64,000 nt of DNA, taken from positions 1,302,001-1,366,000 of the forward strand of contig NC_089433.1 of the NCBI RefSeq assembly GCF_026210795.1, read 5' to 3'. Shown one piece after another: positions 11,831 through 25,425 of this stretch; position 1 is the first letter of the stretch, and each line of letters opens with the position of its first letter. Under the pieces are notes generated by a model. That model was not told the origin of the DNA. It saw nothing but the letters and a program-made list of their open reading frames with translations, and ran no database searches. A program made the translations under genes and the position numbers. The DNA comes from Rhizophagus irregularis. Its lineage: Eukaryota.

Positions 11831-12666
11831 GTTAGCATATCTCCAGGAATAATAATGCACGATTTTGTCACCTGCATAAAGTCCGATCTGAAAATTTTAT
11901 TTCTTACCAAAAAATGCTTTCATAAGAGAATCCCAAATTCTTTTACTTTATTTAAAAGATTTTATTTGCCATTTAAGGATTTTAGTAGAATAAATCTAAT
12001 AAAATAATTTTAAAAGATAAAAAACAAATATATAATTAGTTATTTTGAAAAAAAAGAATATCTTATTATTCATTTTACAACTATTTTACATCATAATTAT
12101 TTTTTATTTGCATGTATTTTTTACAAAGAAAAAACAATAAATTAATGCTAAAAATTATGAAAAAATATGTCTTATCTATGTATATAAAATATTAAGTTTT
12201 TTCTTTTACTTACCACTTAAAAATAACTGCTATATTTGCTTATAAACTTTTTTGTCATATTTAATAAAAGTGAATAGAAAAATGATGGAAAAGTGATGGG
12301 AGTGATGGGGAAAAAGAAGTGGTTATTACCGTTATTTTTGAATATTGATTAAAAAAATTTTTTTTATTTTTTAATAAATCTGAGTTACGTAAATATGTAA
12401 CACATATTTAATTTAGATTTGTGTAATGTTAATCTTACTAAAATATTAAATTTTTATAAAATCTTAATTTAGACTAATTCCAAAAATCGGCACATATGCT
12501 ATATTATTTATATTATACAAGTCTATATAAATCATTTTGAATCACATATGCAAGATACAGATATCATAACATTATTCAGATAATCTGATTAATTTCAACT
12601 ATAAATATGTTTGTTTTTATTTATTCTCATATTAGGTATTGATCTAATAGTCTATCTACGAAAAAT

Positions 12667-13527
12667 ATGAGTTGTAGTGAATCAGAAGTTCTCAAGCTAG
12701 ATATTCTTGAGATTTGCCATAAACTTCCTTCAACAGCAGATCTTATTGAGTTTTTAAAAGAAAAGGAAAAAAAGCTTCCTGCAGTAGTTAACATTTTTGC
12801 TATTTCTTCTAATTTATCTGAATCAGAAAAAAAGGATAAAGAGGATTTGGAGCTATTAAACTTATTTATTAATTTGCTTAGCTCTGTTCAAATTTACAAT
12901 GGAAGGTCTGATTCTGAATGGCCAAATATTAGCAAACCTAAAGAAGTTGTAGACTACATGAAACTGAAGTGCCAAACTTTTTTTGATCTAATTACAAAAA
13001 GAAAACTTTTGGCAATGATTTTACCTGAAGAATCTCATGCAAATAATCATTTTGAAGATACTTCTACTATCGTTGATATTCATATAAGCATTCTGGAAAA
13101 ATTATTTAAAAGCCTTCAATTTCCATCCAGTACCATAAGCGAATTGGATACAATTCTCTCACTTCTTGTAAATCAGTTAAACTCACTTAATCTTAATTGG
13201 CAAGAAACAAAACAAAATCTTACCTTCTATTCTAATACCTTTTATTTTGACTCTAATGGAGCCAAATTGCGTGCACTACACTTAATTATTGATAATGAAT
13301 CATGGAGTATTTTTATTGAAAAAACTTCAACTAAACAGGAGAAGTTCATTATGGATTATTTTAGTTTTGTATTTACTTTCAATAAAACTGCAATGAATAA
13401 GAATAGAGATTTTATAAATGAGACGATTGACAAAATTACAGGAGATGCTAGAAAAGAAATAGAAGATATTCTTAAACCTGAATATGTAAATCCTACTACA
13501 GATATTCTTGTAGAGAAGGATAAATAA
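12667..13527 (+). CDS. Hypothetical 286-aa helical protein, single exon
   Basis: An uninterrupted 861-bp ORF from ATG in very AT-rich DNA is unlikely by chance; no domain recognised. Confidence 0.6.
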   Translation: MSCSESEVLKLDILEICHKLPSTADLIEFLKEKEKKLPAVVNIFAISSNLSESEKKDKEDLELLNLFINLLSSVQIYNGRSDSEWPNISKPKEVVDYMKLKCQTFFDLITKRKLLAMILPEESHANNHFEDTSTIVDIHISILEKLFKSLQFPSSTISELDTILSLLVNQLNSLNLNWQETKQNLTFYSNTFYFDSNGAKLRALHLIIDNESWSIFIEKTSTKQEKFIMDYFSFVFTFNKTAMNKNRDFINETIDKITGDARKEIEDILKPEYVNPTTDILVEKDK

Positions 13528-13802
13528 TTATAAATTTTTATTATCATGTATTTCACAAATTTATTATATATTAGCTATTAGTAGTAATATTTTATTTTAT
13601 AAATAATAAAATTGAATTATAATAAAAAATAATTAGTTACTTTTATCTTAAAATTAAGTCATGCCAGAATTTTTCAAATTTGTATATTGTAAAGGCTCAA
13701 GTTTGTAATAGGTCATATTACCACTTTGAGCTACAAATAATATCCTTTATAAAATAATGTAAATTTAACATCTGACCTGAATTAGTAACATAAGAAATAT
13801 AT

Positions 13803-13979
13803 TATACATGCCACTCAAATTATTTTGGACTGCCGTAATTATAAGTAAAATCCCAAATTCAATTATGGCATCCCAAATTATTTTGGCACTTTACATAGTA
13901 AATTATATATAAACTGAATGAATTATGGCATCCCAAATTATAATTATGGCATCCCAAAATAATTTGGGCAGCATGTATA
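13803..13979. mobile_element. MITE (177 bp), same terminal class as 10612-11014
   Basis: Termini TATACATG...CATGTATA with longer imperfect TIRs; 8-bp TSD AAATATAT (13795-13802, 13980-13987); internal AATTATGGCATCCCAAA repeated three times. Confidence 0.85.
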
Positions 13980-14533
13980 AAATATATATAACAATGCTAA
14001 ATAATATTTGGTTAATACTAATTCATTCCACTTATTAACAATATTTTTCTTAAATAGAACATTCATTCTTTATATCACTCTCTTTATAAATATAAGAAAT
14101 TCCTTCTTTCCATTATTTTTCTATTATTTTTTCTATAAAATATAATAAAAATAAAGAAAATAAAAGAAATCCTTAATTAAAATAATTAAGAAAGCACTTT
14201 TTCATAAAAAAAAAGGCAAAAAGAATTGAAAATAAAATATATTGAATCAAATATACTTGTTCCTCACTAAAGTAAAAACTTTGCTTATTTATAATAAATC
14301 TTTTATAATAAAAATAAAAATATCAAAAATAGGTATAAACATTAACATATGAAAATTATTCTAATAAATAAATAAATAAAATATATAAAGATAGTTTTAT
14401 ATCATTACAGATGTATTCATCTCTTATTCTTTATAGTTTTATATCATCATGAATATAAATCACTTTAAAATATCCCAAAAATTTATATATCAAAATTAAA
14501 TATAAATTATATACCATATATAGCGGGCCACAG

Positions 14534-14813
14534 TAGGACCTGGAAAACTATATATAAAGGTTACCGCCAAAAAATCAAAAAAAAATAGGAGTGCAAACCA
14601 TAATATGATTGGTTATTTTGCTGTTTACTCACATGCTTCTATTCCAAATATAGTAATAGGGCCAAGAAAGGAAAGATTTCACAAAAAAATTCTTATTGTT
14701 GCAAACCAACACATGACTTTTACTAATTAATTTGGCGGTGACCTTTTTGAAAATTAATTATAGCCTCGAATTATGTTTGGTAGTAATCCCTATTAGAAGT
14801 TTTCCAGGTCCTG
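14534..14813. mobile_element. MITE (~280 bp)
   Basis: TIR (T/C)AGGACCTGGAAAACT at both ends; flanks CCACAG/CCACAA suggest a TSD of uncertain length. Confidence 0.7.
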
Positions 14814-16279
14814 CCACAATACCCTGGGTATCTTGCAAAAATTGGGAGTTTAAGGGGCTTGCGCAGTACTTATGGGCTTAAACAAAAAATTCCATTATTT
14901 GTGAATATCTCACGATCTACCAGTCCAATTTGAACGATCTTTTTTTTTATTTTGAAGAGCTCAATGAGAGTTATCAAACAAAAAAAAAGATGGCTCAAAT
15001 CTGATCACTGGATCACGAGATAATTGTAAAATATCCCCTTGGGTATTATACAATTCTATGAAATTTTTCAAAAGGGTACTATGCATAGAGTACTATGGTC
15101 GCGATATATGGTAATACTATACCATTTAATTAATAATTTCACTAGGTAGTTCTGGCATTACAGTACTTAACTTTTTTTGCATTTTCTTTTTAGTTTTTAT
15201 TTAATTGCAAGAAAAAGTTTATATATCAGTCAGTGGAAATGTCCCCAAAAATTAGAAGGAGATTTTTTGTACTATGATATCTCAATATAAATTATTGGGA
15301 CAGTATGGCTATATGGCATATAGTATATATGTAAACTTAAGGTTGGACAAAGTTGGTACAAATGGCTAAAATCGACAATTTTCAGATCTTAATTCTGGCC
15401 GAAATTTTCTTAATTCCGGTCGAATTCGTAATGCCAGCCCAAATTACATTAAAATCGAAATTTTCAGGTCAAAGGTAACACCATATTTATGCAATGTAAC
15501 ATTTTTTCCAACAATAGTAAACATGTTCATTCAAGGTTTGAAAAATATTTTTAAACCTTTTAAAAATCAAAAACTTCACTTTATTCAGTTGCATCTGGCC
15601 AAAGAAAGTAGTCAATTATATGGTTATTTTAATACAACAAACTAATAAAAATTAAGAAAATTTATTTAACTTTATTCTTTTGCTTATTTTTTTTAAAATA
15701 TTCAATAAATATCTTTTATTTTGACACTACTTTAGATACTTTTTATATATATAAAAAAATATTTTACTTATTCATATTATACTATTTGTATTTATGACTT
15801 AACAAAGTAAATAGACCTAATAGTCAATAAGAATTTTTCTATGAATAAATAATTTTTGTTTTATTTTCTTGTTAAACAAACTAAAATTAAAAATTTTAAA
15901 GTTTTTTTTAATGTTATAATAATTTACATGATTACTATAATATTAAGAATTAAGCATTAAATGTCTAATTTATCGCCGTTTTCAAATTACTGTGATCGGT
16001 AATTTTTTAATTTAATAAAAAAAATTGATTTCCAGAATTTCAAAAAAAAATTGATCACGTTATACATATAAAATTGTGTAAATTTGATTTACGTAGTGTT
16101 AAGTCATTATTGTATCACATTCGTTGTATTTTTTTGCTATTCGCTTCGTGTTTTTACAAGTAACTTAGAGACCGATTTTAACTGATTTCTAACGGCTCCA
16201 ACCCTTCTATCCGATTTCAAAATATTTACAGACAAAAACCATAATAAATATATTTTTTTTTTGCTAAAAGACCTCAAAC

Positions 16280-17372
16280 ATGCCTCAAGAATTTGGCGAA
16301 GATTTATGCTGGCGTATTATTTATCTTCACATTGATAGATTTTCTACTGCAGATATTGCTAATACATTATACATGAATAAGGATTTTGTAAATAAGATAA
16401 TAAGGAGATATAACCGTTGGGCATGTGTTAAAAATCCTTTCAAAGGTATTCCTGGTCGTAGAAAACTATTTAGTAGAGCAGATATGGCTGTACTTAGAAA
16501 TCTTGTAGCAGAAAAAGCAGACTGGTATTTGGACGAATTAGTATATGAAATGGAGTGTCTAACTGGAAAAAGAGCATCTATTGCAGCTCTTTGGCGTTCA
16601 CTTCAATACATGGGAATTACTCGAAAAAAAGTAAGTAATTTATTTATATTATGAATTTTTGAAATAAATATTTATTTTTTATTCAATACAGCCATTATAA
16701 TGCAGCACTGAAAGAAATGATATTATACATGCACATTATTTAGGTGTTATTGGTGAACATTACACCCCAAACCAGTTAATTTTCCTTGATGAAAGTGCTA
16801 AAGATGAGAGGAGTTTATCAAGATTATATGGATATTCTCCTCGCAATATACACGCACATAAAAAAGTTGTGTTTGTACGAGGAAAAAGATATACAATTTT
16901 ACCTGCTCTTACATTAGAAGGATTTGTTGCTGTTGATATATTTGAAGGAGCATGTGATAGAAAAAGATTTGTTGATTTTGTTCTTGATCAAGTGGTAAAT
17001 AATAATTATACAAGTTTATTTATTTATTTATTTATTTTATATTCTAATTGATAAATTTATCTTTAGGTACTAATAATGAACCCATATCCAGATAATAATA
17101 GTGTAATTATTATGGATAAGGCAAAAATACACCATGACGATGAATTAATAGCACTATTAAGAGGATTAGGATGCCATGTTGTTTTTCTTCCACTATATTC
17201 ACCCGATTTCAATCCTATCGAAACTGCATTTTCAACTATCAAATCATGGATCAGGCGTAATCGTGATTTTATGGAAGCTTATAATGATCCTATACATGCA
17301 TTATTAGTTGCATGTAGTCAAATAACATCTCAAATGGCACAAGCATTTTTTGAAGCATCAATTTATATTTGA
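16280..17372 (+). pseudogene. Tc1/IS630-family DD34E transposase (HTH + DDE_3), 3 exons
   Basis: Exons 16280-16630, 16692-16994 and 17067-17372 with GT-AG introns; motifs IFLDES, IIMDKAKIH and YSPDFNPIE (34 residues between the second D and the E); in-frame TAA near the start of exon 2. Confidence 0.9.
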
Positions 17373-17500
17373 TAATCAATTTAGAATAAAAAAAAATAGA
17401 AATATAAACAATTTAGAATAATAAAATAAAAAACTGGAACAAGAATTTATATTTGAAATATTATCTTTATTATATTATATGATAATCAAAATACATTAGG

Positions 17501-19277
17501 TCAATATTGTTGCGCTGCTTGTTTAATATTTTTTTGCCATCCAATTTTCACCACGCCTAACTTTTGCAATTGCTCATCTGTTAAATCTTTTATAGCATTA
17601 ACTGTAATTTCTTCTTCAAGAAATGCATCTTCAAATTTAGCATATATATTATTACAATTATATTTCAGGTCTAAGTTATTAAGAAACTTACCAATTGATG
17701 GTAATTTGCTTGATGAAGGTAATTCCAAATGAGTATTTGTCGGATTTTAATAAACTTGACTTGGTAATTGAATAAAAATAGGAGTAGGCGTATTGGATGT
17801 TTGACTATTTTGCATTTGCGTTGCAGAATTATTTTTATTGATAAATACACTTGATTTCATATCAAATACTGGATAAGATGGAGGAATATCATAGGTTGTT
17901 CATTTGTTTATCTAAACAAAATTAATAATTAGTAGGTATCATTTTTCATTTGAATTTATAAAAAAGCATACTTTACATACAATTTCACGAGCCCAAAGTT
18001 GTAATCTAGAAGGATTAAGCTGCAAACAACGAAAATCCAAAATATATTGAATAAAACATGGAGTAGAATGTAAATCACATTTATACATTTCAACCAAATC
18101 AGCAATGACTTCGGATCTTCTTTTCTTCTCTTTTAATAAATCATCTTCTCTTAGTGAACGAGATTTCTTTTTCTTTTTGGTTTGTATTTCAATTTCTTCA
18201 GATGATGATCTAATATTATCATCAGAATGCTAAAAAATTATAAATGTTAAATATTTTTGCCTATTATCTCGCATTATACATAAAATACTTTACCTTTTTA
18301 TGTTTCCTATTTTTTTTTCTGTCACGTTATTCTTCACAATTACTACCACTATCACTGACATTTTTTTTCCAGTTAATGTTACCTTTTGATATTCACTAAT
18401 AAATTCCTGAAAATCCAATTTATCTTCAAGTGTATTTGATGGTCCACGTGCATTTACAGCTTTATACGAAATAGTATAACTGTATTTTGATTTTGTTTCT
18501 TTTTCTAGAATTTTTTTAGTTGCTAAATTTATTTTTTCTGTAAAATTTTTATAACTAGCAGGCCGAATAGTTAGAGTTTTTGCTGTAGGGATTTTTATAT
18601 TATTATTTTTTACAACTAATTGTATTTTTATTTCCTCAATAATATCAACTTCTTCATATTTTTTATTGTCATTATCACTTTCTTCATCATAATCTCCATT
18701 ATCATTGTCTTCTTCATAGTTTTCATCATTAACATCACTATCTTTGTCATAATAATCATCATCTTTATTATTAAAATCTTTATCATCGTTTCCTTCATCT
18801 TCTATTTCATTATCATTGTCTTTTTCATTTTCTTTCTTATTATTATAACTTCCCACTTTTCTTTTACTATTTTCTGTTGGCAAATCATCTATTGAAATGA
18901 TTTCTTCATTGTTTATCTGAGCTTTCCTATTGCTTTTTTTGTTACTTTTTAGTTGAGATTTTTTATCACTAGTTTTTAATCGTTAAAGTTTACTATTACA
19001 AGCACTGCAAGTAGTATAGGAAAAGTTTTTTTCAAAATTATTATTGTAACCAAATTTAGTATTTATATCTAGTAAAAAATTATTGAGTTTTGGAAAAATT
19101 TGGTTTGTAGGATAAGCACGTTGATATATTTGTCATCAGCTAGTCGGTTTTTAACTTCGATATTTTATCTTTCTGACACTTGCACAGATTTTCTTGTGAA
19201 AGTTTGAAACAACGCAAACACTTTTGACATATATAACAAATACTGGGAAGGTAATTGCAAGTTAAATTTTCCGCCAT
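17501..19277 (-). pseudogene. Transposon passenger gene: Cys-rich N-terminus, acidic tract, CxxH..C / WAREI..PP module, C-terminal SAM domain
   Basis: ATG 19277 MAENLTCNYLPSICYICQKCLRC..CKC; ORF 18290-18883; internal exon YKCDLHSTPCF..LQLWAREI; last exon ending FLEEEITVNAIKDLTDEQLQKLGVVKIGWQKNIKQAA (SAM-like); stops and frameshifts present. Confidence 0.7.
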
Positions 19278-22200
19278 TTAAATAACTCTAAATGCGAAAA
19301 ATTACTTCAACTTCTTTTCGCGTAAGTATTATATAATCTATTTACTAATTACTATATTAAGTAAATGACCAGTTTTATAGAAAATTGACCAATAATTATT
19401 TAGAAAATTTTACAAGGAATATTTGCATGTGTTTTGGCTTATTTTTAGGTTATTTTCGGTTATTTTCGGTATTTTCAGTATTTTTTAATTATAAATGATC
19501 GACATCACCTGATCACAGTAATTCGAAAACGGTGATAAATAAACAAATAAAAACATAATATTTAACTATTTTTGTGATTAAACCTCATTTATACCGCCAA
19601 AATAGATCTAATAATATTATTAAATAAAAAAAAAATTTTTTTTTATTAGCACTATAATTAAAAAATTCAACAAAATTTATAAATAACAAAAAATCTAGCT
19701 TAATAATCACCATTCTAAGCTTAACAAAAGTTGTTCATTTCACCAAATTATACTTAAAATAAAATAATTGCTGGTTAAGAAAGCTTTTGTTAAGAGTTTT
19801 ATTGAAATCAAGAAAAATTTTTTTTATTATAAAAATTGGTTTTTTGCGATCTACACAAAATCTCCCTAAATAACTGCCCTTTTTAACTTAATAAATCTTT
19901 TTCTTCTCGTAAAATTACATATATTTGCGTTATTTAAATTGTATTTTATACCCACCTTTAAGTTGCATTTTGAGGAAAACTTTATTTTTGAGACGAACTT
20001 TCTTGTAATATGTAAAGAAAAAAAAAAATATTATTAAAGAGGAAATGATGACGAATATTTATAGTACACATGATGAACTATTAATTTACTTAATTTGTAT
20101 AAGTATTGTATTAAAAATTTCTTTTTTTAGCTACGTGGTGATATATTCAATTATGGTTACACAAAATTATTTTAATTAATGATCGGCAAGAGAAATGACA
20201 TTTCCACTGACTGATATGTAAAAATCTGTTTTAAGTATTTATTAATATATTTTTTTTATAATATATGTATTATATATATATATTTTTATAAAATAAAAAA
20301 AATATAAAGTATTTATTTGTAAAATGTAACTTTTTTAATATTATCATTTATTATTATTTATTAAAAAAAAAATGGCAAAAATACTTTTTATTTCATATTT
20401 TAATTTATTTTTTTATTAGTAACTATTACTTTACAATAATTTGTAAATTTAAATATATTAAAAAATTTAATAATAATAAAACTAATTAAATGAAAGTATT
20501 TTTCATTGAGTATGTAAAAAAAATTTAAAGCAATACTAATAAAAATCATAGTAAACTATTTTTATTATAAGTGCAGGATTACAATAGCTATCACTATTAC
20601 TATCTAGTATTTTGCATAAATCAATTTATGATATGGTGATTTTGATTGCTTCTGAAGGGTAAAAACATATTTTGTAAATAACTTTTGATCTAGCAATTTG
20701 ATTTTAATGATGATTAAAACTCAAGACCTATTGATTAAAAAAAAGATCATTAAAATCGGATTACTAAATTCTAAAATAATTATTTTTGAAGATCAAATTA
20801 AATTCAAATCAAATTAAATTAAATTAAATTTCAAAGAAAAATTTGGTTTATGCAGAATACTACCATTATCAAGAAGCTGTAATCTTCTGTAATATATAAG
20901 TACATAATTTTTTTATACTGTTTTTTTTTATTTTAATTCACAAAATGAATTGAGTTACAGTAAAAATCACTGAACCCTACATACTAAGACTAGAAGTAAT
21001 TTACTAAACTAATAATCAAAATATAACTACTTTTTACAGAAATAGAATGTTACTATCTTGATTGAAAAAATAGAAAGAAGATGAAATACTTTCTGAACAT
21101 AATTTTTTTATACTATTTGTTATATATTAATTATCTCTGTGTTTTTTCTGCAATTATGTATTGGAAAATATTGAATTAACTATTTTAGAAATAGGGGTGA
21201 TCTTAAAAATTCTTTTTTAACTAATATAAATAAATAAATTAATGAATTTTTTGAAATTATTAATAATTTAATATATATAAATTTATATATATGTTATATA
21301 TATATTATTAATTATTATATCTAAATTATATAAAATAAAATTAATTACAAAAAAATAAAAAATGGAATACATTTTTTTTTACTTTATTTTTTTTTTTACT
21401 TCGGTTTATTTTTTTTTTTAACTCTTTACTGCTCTTATTATTGGATTTTTAATATTTACCAGATAATTTATAGATATGATTTCTATTTTTAATTCAAATT
21501 ATTTATGTATTAGTGACAGCTATTCTTTATAAAGAAAACACTGAGTCTGAAAATCTTAGTAATATTTATACTAAAATTAAAAAATAAAAAATAAGATTTT
21601 TTTAAGAAAAAAAAATAAGGAATAAAGTAGTAATTTACTCTTAATATTAAAGTGGAATGATACAAACTTTTTAGCAAAAAATATATAAAGGATCAATTAT
21701 TAGATGATATATATATGACTTCGCTATCCTGATAAATTAATCCTTTTTTGAAAATAAAAGAACTCAATTATCGATCTATAAGATACATCAAGAATAGAAG
21801 TTCATTAACTAATTGAAAATATAATTAGAGGATTAATAAGAATGGCATCTTTAAAGAAACTAATATTCCTTAAATTGCAAAAGTTTTTGTGATTTACGTT
21901 AAAATGAAAATAAATTAGAGTGAATAATCTTACATATTTTTAGTTTGAAGAAAACTATTCTATTTTATGTATAACATCAATTATACTTATAATTACAATG
22001 TAAATCTTTATTATTTTAATAAAATAAATATTTCTTGATATTTTTTTTATAAAACCCTTGAATTGTATTCTTTTTAATTTCCTCTTTAGACTACACCAGT
22101 GAAAAAATAATTAAACCTTTTAATATTTATGCATTGTAAACAGTCGAATATCAAGCACGAGAAGATGATAAAATTCAATCACCAAATGTAATTGCCAAAT

Positions 22201-22659
22201 ATTAGGAACGAACAAATTAATTATGAATTGGCGTAGATAGATAAATAATTAGCCAAAAAGGATAAACATTTAAGAAGAGCAATGATCTACATGATGTAAT
22301 ATTTATCGGATGATTAACAAAGAACCAATAGAATAATTAGAGTTGATCAATTGCGGCTTAGTAATCTTTAACAATAAGAACAATTAGAAAGAATAATTAT
22401 AAGCCACAAAAGGTAAATCATATAAAATGGAGGGATAACGGACTAAAGGAACACGCATAACGAAAGTACATACATTCATTCTCATGATTTATTATTTCTT
22501 GTGAACATTTGTCTTTCTTTCTTGAAAAATCTCTATTTAATATTTCTTTAATTTCACAAATTTCTAAAGATTCATCTTTATTTTCATACTTATGATACGC
22601 ACAAAATACATCACAAAATTTACAATATATCTTAAATTTTACTTCCATTTTAATAATAT

Positions 22660-22920
22660 AAAAATAATATAAAAGATAATATAAAAGATAATATAGAAGA
22701 TAATATAACACGTATTAAAAAGATGGAACATAAAAGATGGAATATAAGAGATGGAATATAACATATTAAAAATAGAAATATATTGAAAGATGGTGTATTA
22801 AAAGATAGCGTATTTAAAATATAGTTAGCATATTAGAAAGATAGTTCAAAGATAATATGTAAAAAGAACATAAAAGATAGTATATAGATAGAATAGAAAG
22901 TAGCATAAAATTTGTATAAA
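22660..22920. repeat. Low-complexity decayed short tandem repeat (AAAAGATAATAT / AAAAGATGG)
   Basis: Visible 11-13 bp reiterations; accounts for the LLYY repeats in ORF 22418-22711. Confidence 0.6.
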
Positions 22921-25425
22921 TAGAGAGCGGAATTCAAAGTAATTCCATAGTTCTCATCCACAGAACTCAATAAAAATATAAGTTTCATTTAATTATTTGT
23001 TAGTAAAGTTTAACATTAATTAAAGGTAAAAAGTGGATATAATTTGGGGAAAATTTAGAGAAGTTAACTTTTATTTTATATCGCTTAATGTTTTATATTA
23101 CTAACGCTATTTATGTTGTGAACCAATAATGTTGTTCACAGGTCAAAAAACGATCTATCTCACACATATCGGGTACCTATATATCGGTGACTAATTAGGT
23201 ACATGTATCGGGAGTTATTTTACATATTAACGAAAACATATCGGGTACGATTTGTCACATAATGCGCAAATTTCAAATATGGTTAAAAAAATGTAAATTA
23301 CCAAGTGTCCGATATCCAAACTATTAGTCACTGATCCGTTATCTAATATATATCGGTCACCGATATTTGTACGATCTTTAAAAAAATTTGTGTGTTTATT
23401 TAATATTATCGTAGTATAGAAAACAGCTACTGATTTCTGTCTATTTGGTATTGGCTTTGTACGCTTTGTACTTTGTAAAAATGTAATACAGTGTACGAAA
23501 AAAGATAATTGCTATGGAGTGCTTGATCCAAGTATCATTTATCTTCACAACTTCATACGGAGTTTTTCCAAATCATGAATACTTATAAATAGATGATGTT
23601 TATTTACTTTTTTAGGAAATATTGAATGATAAGATTATTATATAAGCCAACTCTCGGTGATCATAGTAATACAAGAGTGCGGCCAGAGAATACCTAAACT
23701 TCAAACCCGTTATCAAAAGCATATACAAATTATTCAAATTACCGCGATTTTCTGAAATCCACTTATTGTAATTAAATTTCTCATGGCAAAAAAATAAATA
23801 CGTTCCCCTTTTTTTCTTTGTAAACTATTACACTGAATTTGCAAAATGGCGTATAAGGTGTATTGTACTATTACCATATTAGGAATCTTTCCATATAGCC
23901 AGGATACCTGAAAAAAAATAAATTTTAAGGAGATATTTTTTTTACCCAAATCGTAATAAAATTGTAATACAAACTAATTCCATATAAATGACAGATTTTA
24001 TTTCTCTAACATCTTTAGTTCGATCGTTACTGATAAGGGTGATTATTGGTATCTTTGATTCTAGCGATCACTTCTGATGGAAGTTTGATAACCGGAGGCG
24101 ATCGATTCAGTCATATTGAATTTGGATCCTATCTTTCAATTTAATTAATCTTTAAAGAGATACGTAAGCCAAAATGCCTGCGCTGATCCCTGTCCTTTTG
24201 GAGTTTATAGGGTGACGATGAAGATCGGCTATTCGCCCAAGTATACTCTTTATTGATTAATTTCTTTGAGAGACGTTTTCGTCGATGTGCTTTGTACGAT
24301 AACAATGTTGCCTCTATAATTCCGGGCTGGATTAGAGGAAAAAGTCCTGATTGCACCTCACCCATTTTGTCGTCGGGCGCAGTCTGAAACTTCCGTTTGT
24401 AAACTTTTATTTCCATACCAACTGCATGGGTTTAGGGTGTATTTTATTCCCTAACCCTTAGACCTACTTGTTAGGTTAGGTAGGTTGCATTGCACTCTGT
24501 AGCCTACCTTTTTAATGAGTTTTATGGCCACGTTTGCTCATTTAAAAATGAATTAAACAGGTTGCCATATCATTAAACACATCGCAGCCATTTGGTGATG
24601 AAGCTATAATTGTCTAATAAGGGTTCGCCCTGTCTGGCAATTTATGGTGGATTCAAATGGATCAAATTACAAACAATAATAATTTAGTCAAATGAGAATT
24701 CCAGGAAGGAACGAGGATGCTTTGTCTAATTGAAAATATTTTTTTTATTTTATTTTATTTTTTATATTTTTATTTTATTTTATTTTATTTTTTTATTTTT
24801 TATTTTTCTATTTGAGATTATTCATCGTATCCTATGTTTATTCATATCTGGTATTTTCGAATATACTTATCCTTATTATCATAGCGAGTTTTCTTAAAGC
24901 GTACCTGTGGCACCTCATCTGACTTCGGAAGTGTCGCTGAATGCAAGCAAGGTACCCGGTTAATCCTCAACTTTGGGTTATGAGTTATGATTTAAGCATA
25001 TAGTAATTTAATTTGACTTACATACCAAAAACAAAAATTTGTGTATATTTTCATTTTAATTTTTTTGAAAAAATAATATTATCGTATTTAGCTTATTAAT
25101 CTAATTTATCGTATGTTAATATAGAAAATTTTATTAATCAGTTTTTGATATCTTATTAAATACCTTATCCGTAATTAAATTGTTACTGTAATAAAGTAAT
25201 CAATACCGTAACTTGTTTATTAATAAAAATAAACTGTAATCTATAGCTTTATCAAACCATGATATTTTTAATTTAATCAATCAATTTTTAAAAAAATTAA
25301 ATGAAAATGTTTGAATTCTGATTTTTATTAAAGTCTGATTAGTATTTTTGACGATAAACCTATTTAGGCAAAAGTGTAATAATTGTAAAATTTATTTTTT
25401 TGATTTTTTATTTTTTGATTTAGAT

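Larger units (their letters stand above)
15226..20214. mobile_element. Two-gene Tc1/IS630-type DNA transposon (~4.99 kb)
   Basis: Perfect 18-bp TIR TCAGTCAGTGGAAATGTC / GACATTTCCACTGACTGA, each flanked by TA; encloses a DD34E transposase and a convergent passenger gene. Confidence 0.75.

Noticed and set aside
14850..15025. TTAAGGGG start and ~115-bp hairpin, with a similar decayed hairpin near 20680-20785
   Set aside because: May be remnants of an older host element, but no TIR pair or TSD could be established.
24428..24485. Telomere repeat or telomerase RNA template (CCCTAACCCT)
   Set aside because: Too few repeats for an interstitial telomere, and a single-copy telomerase RNA is unlikely inside a transposon; kept only as part of a low-ranked finding.
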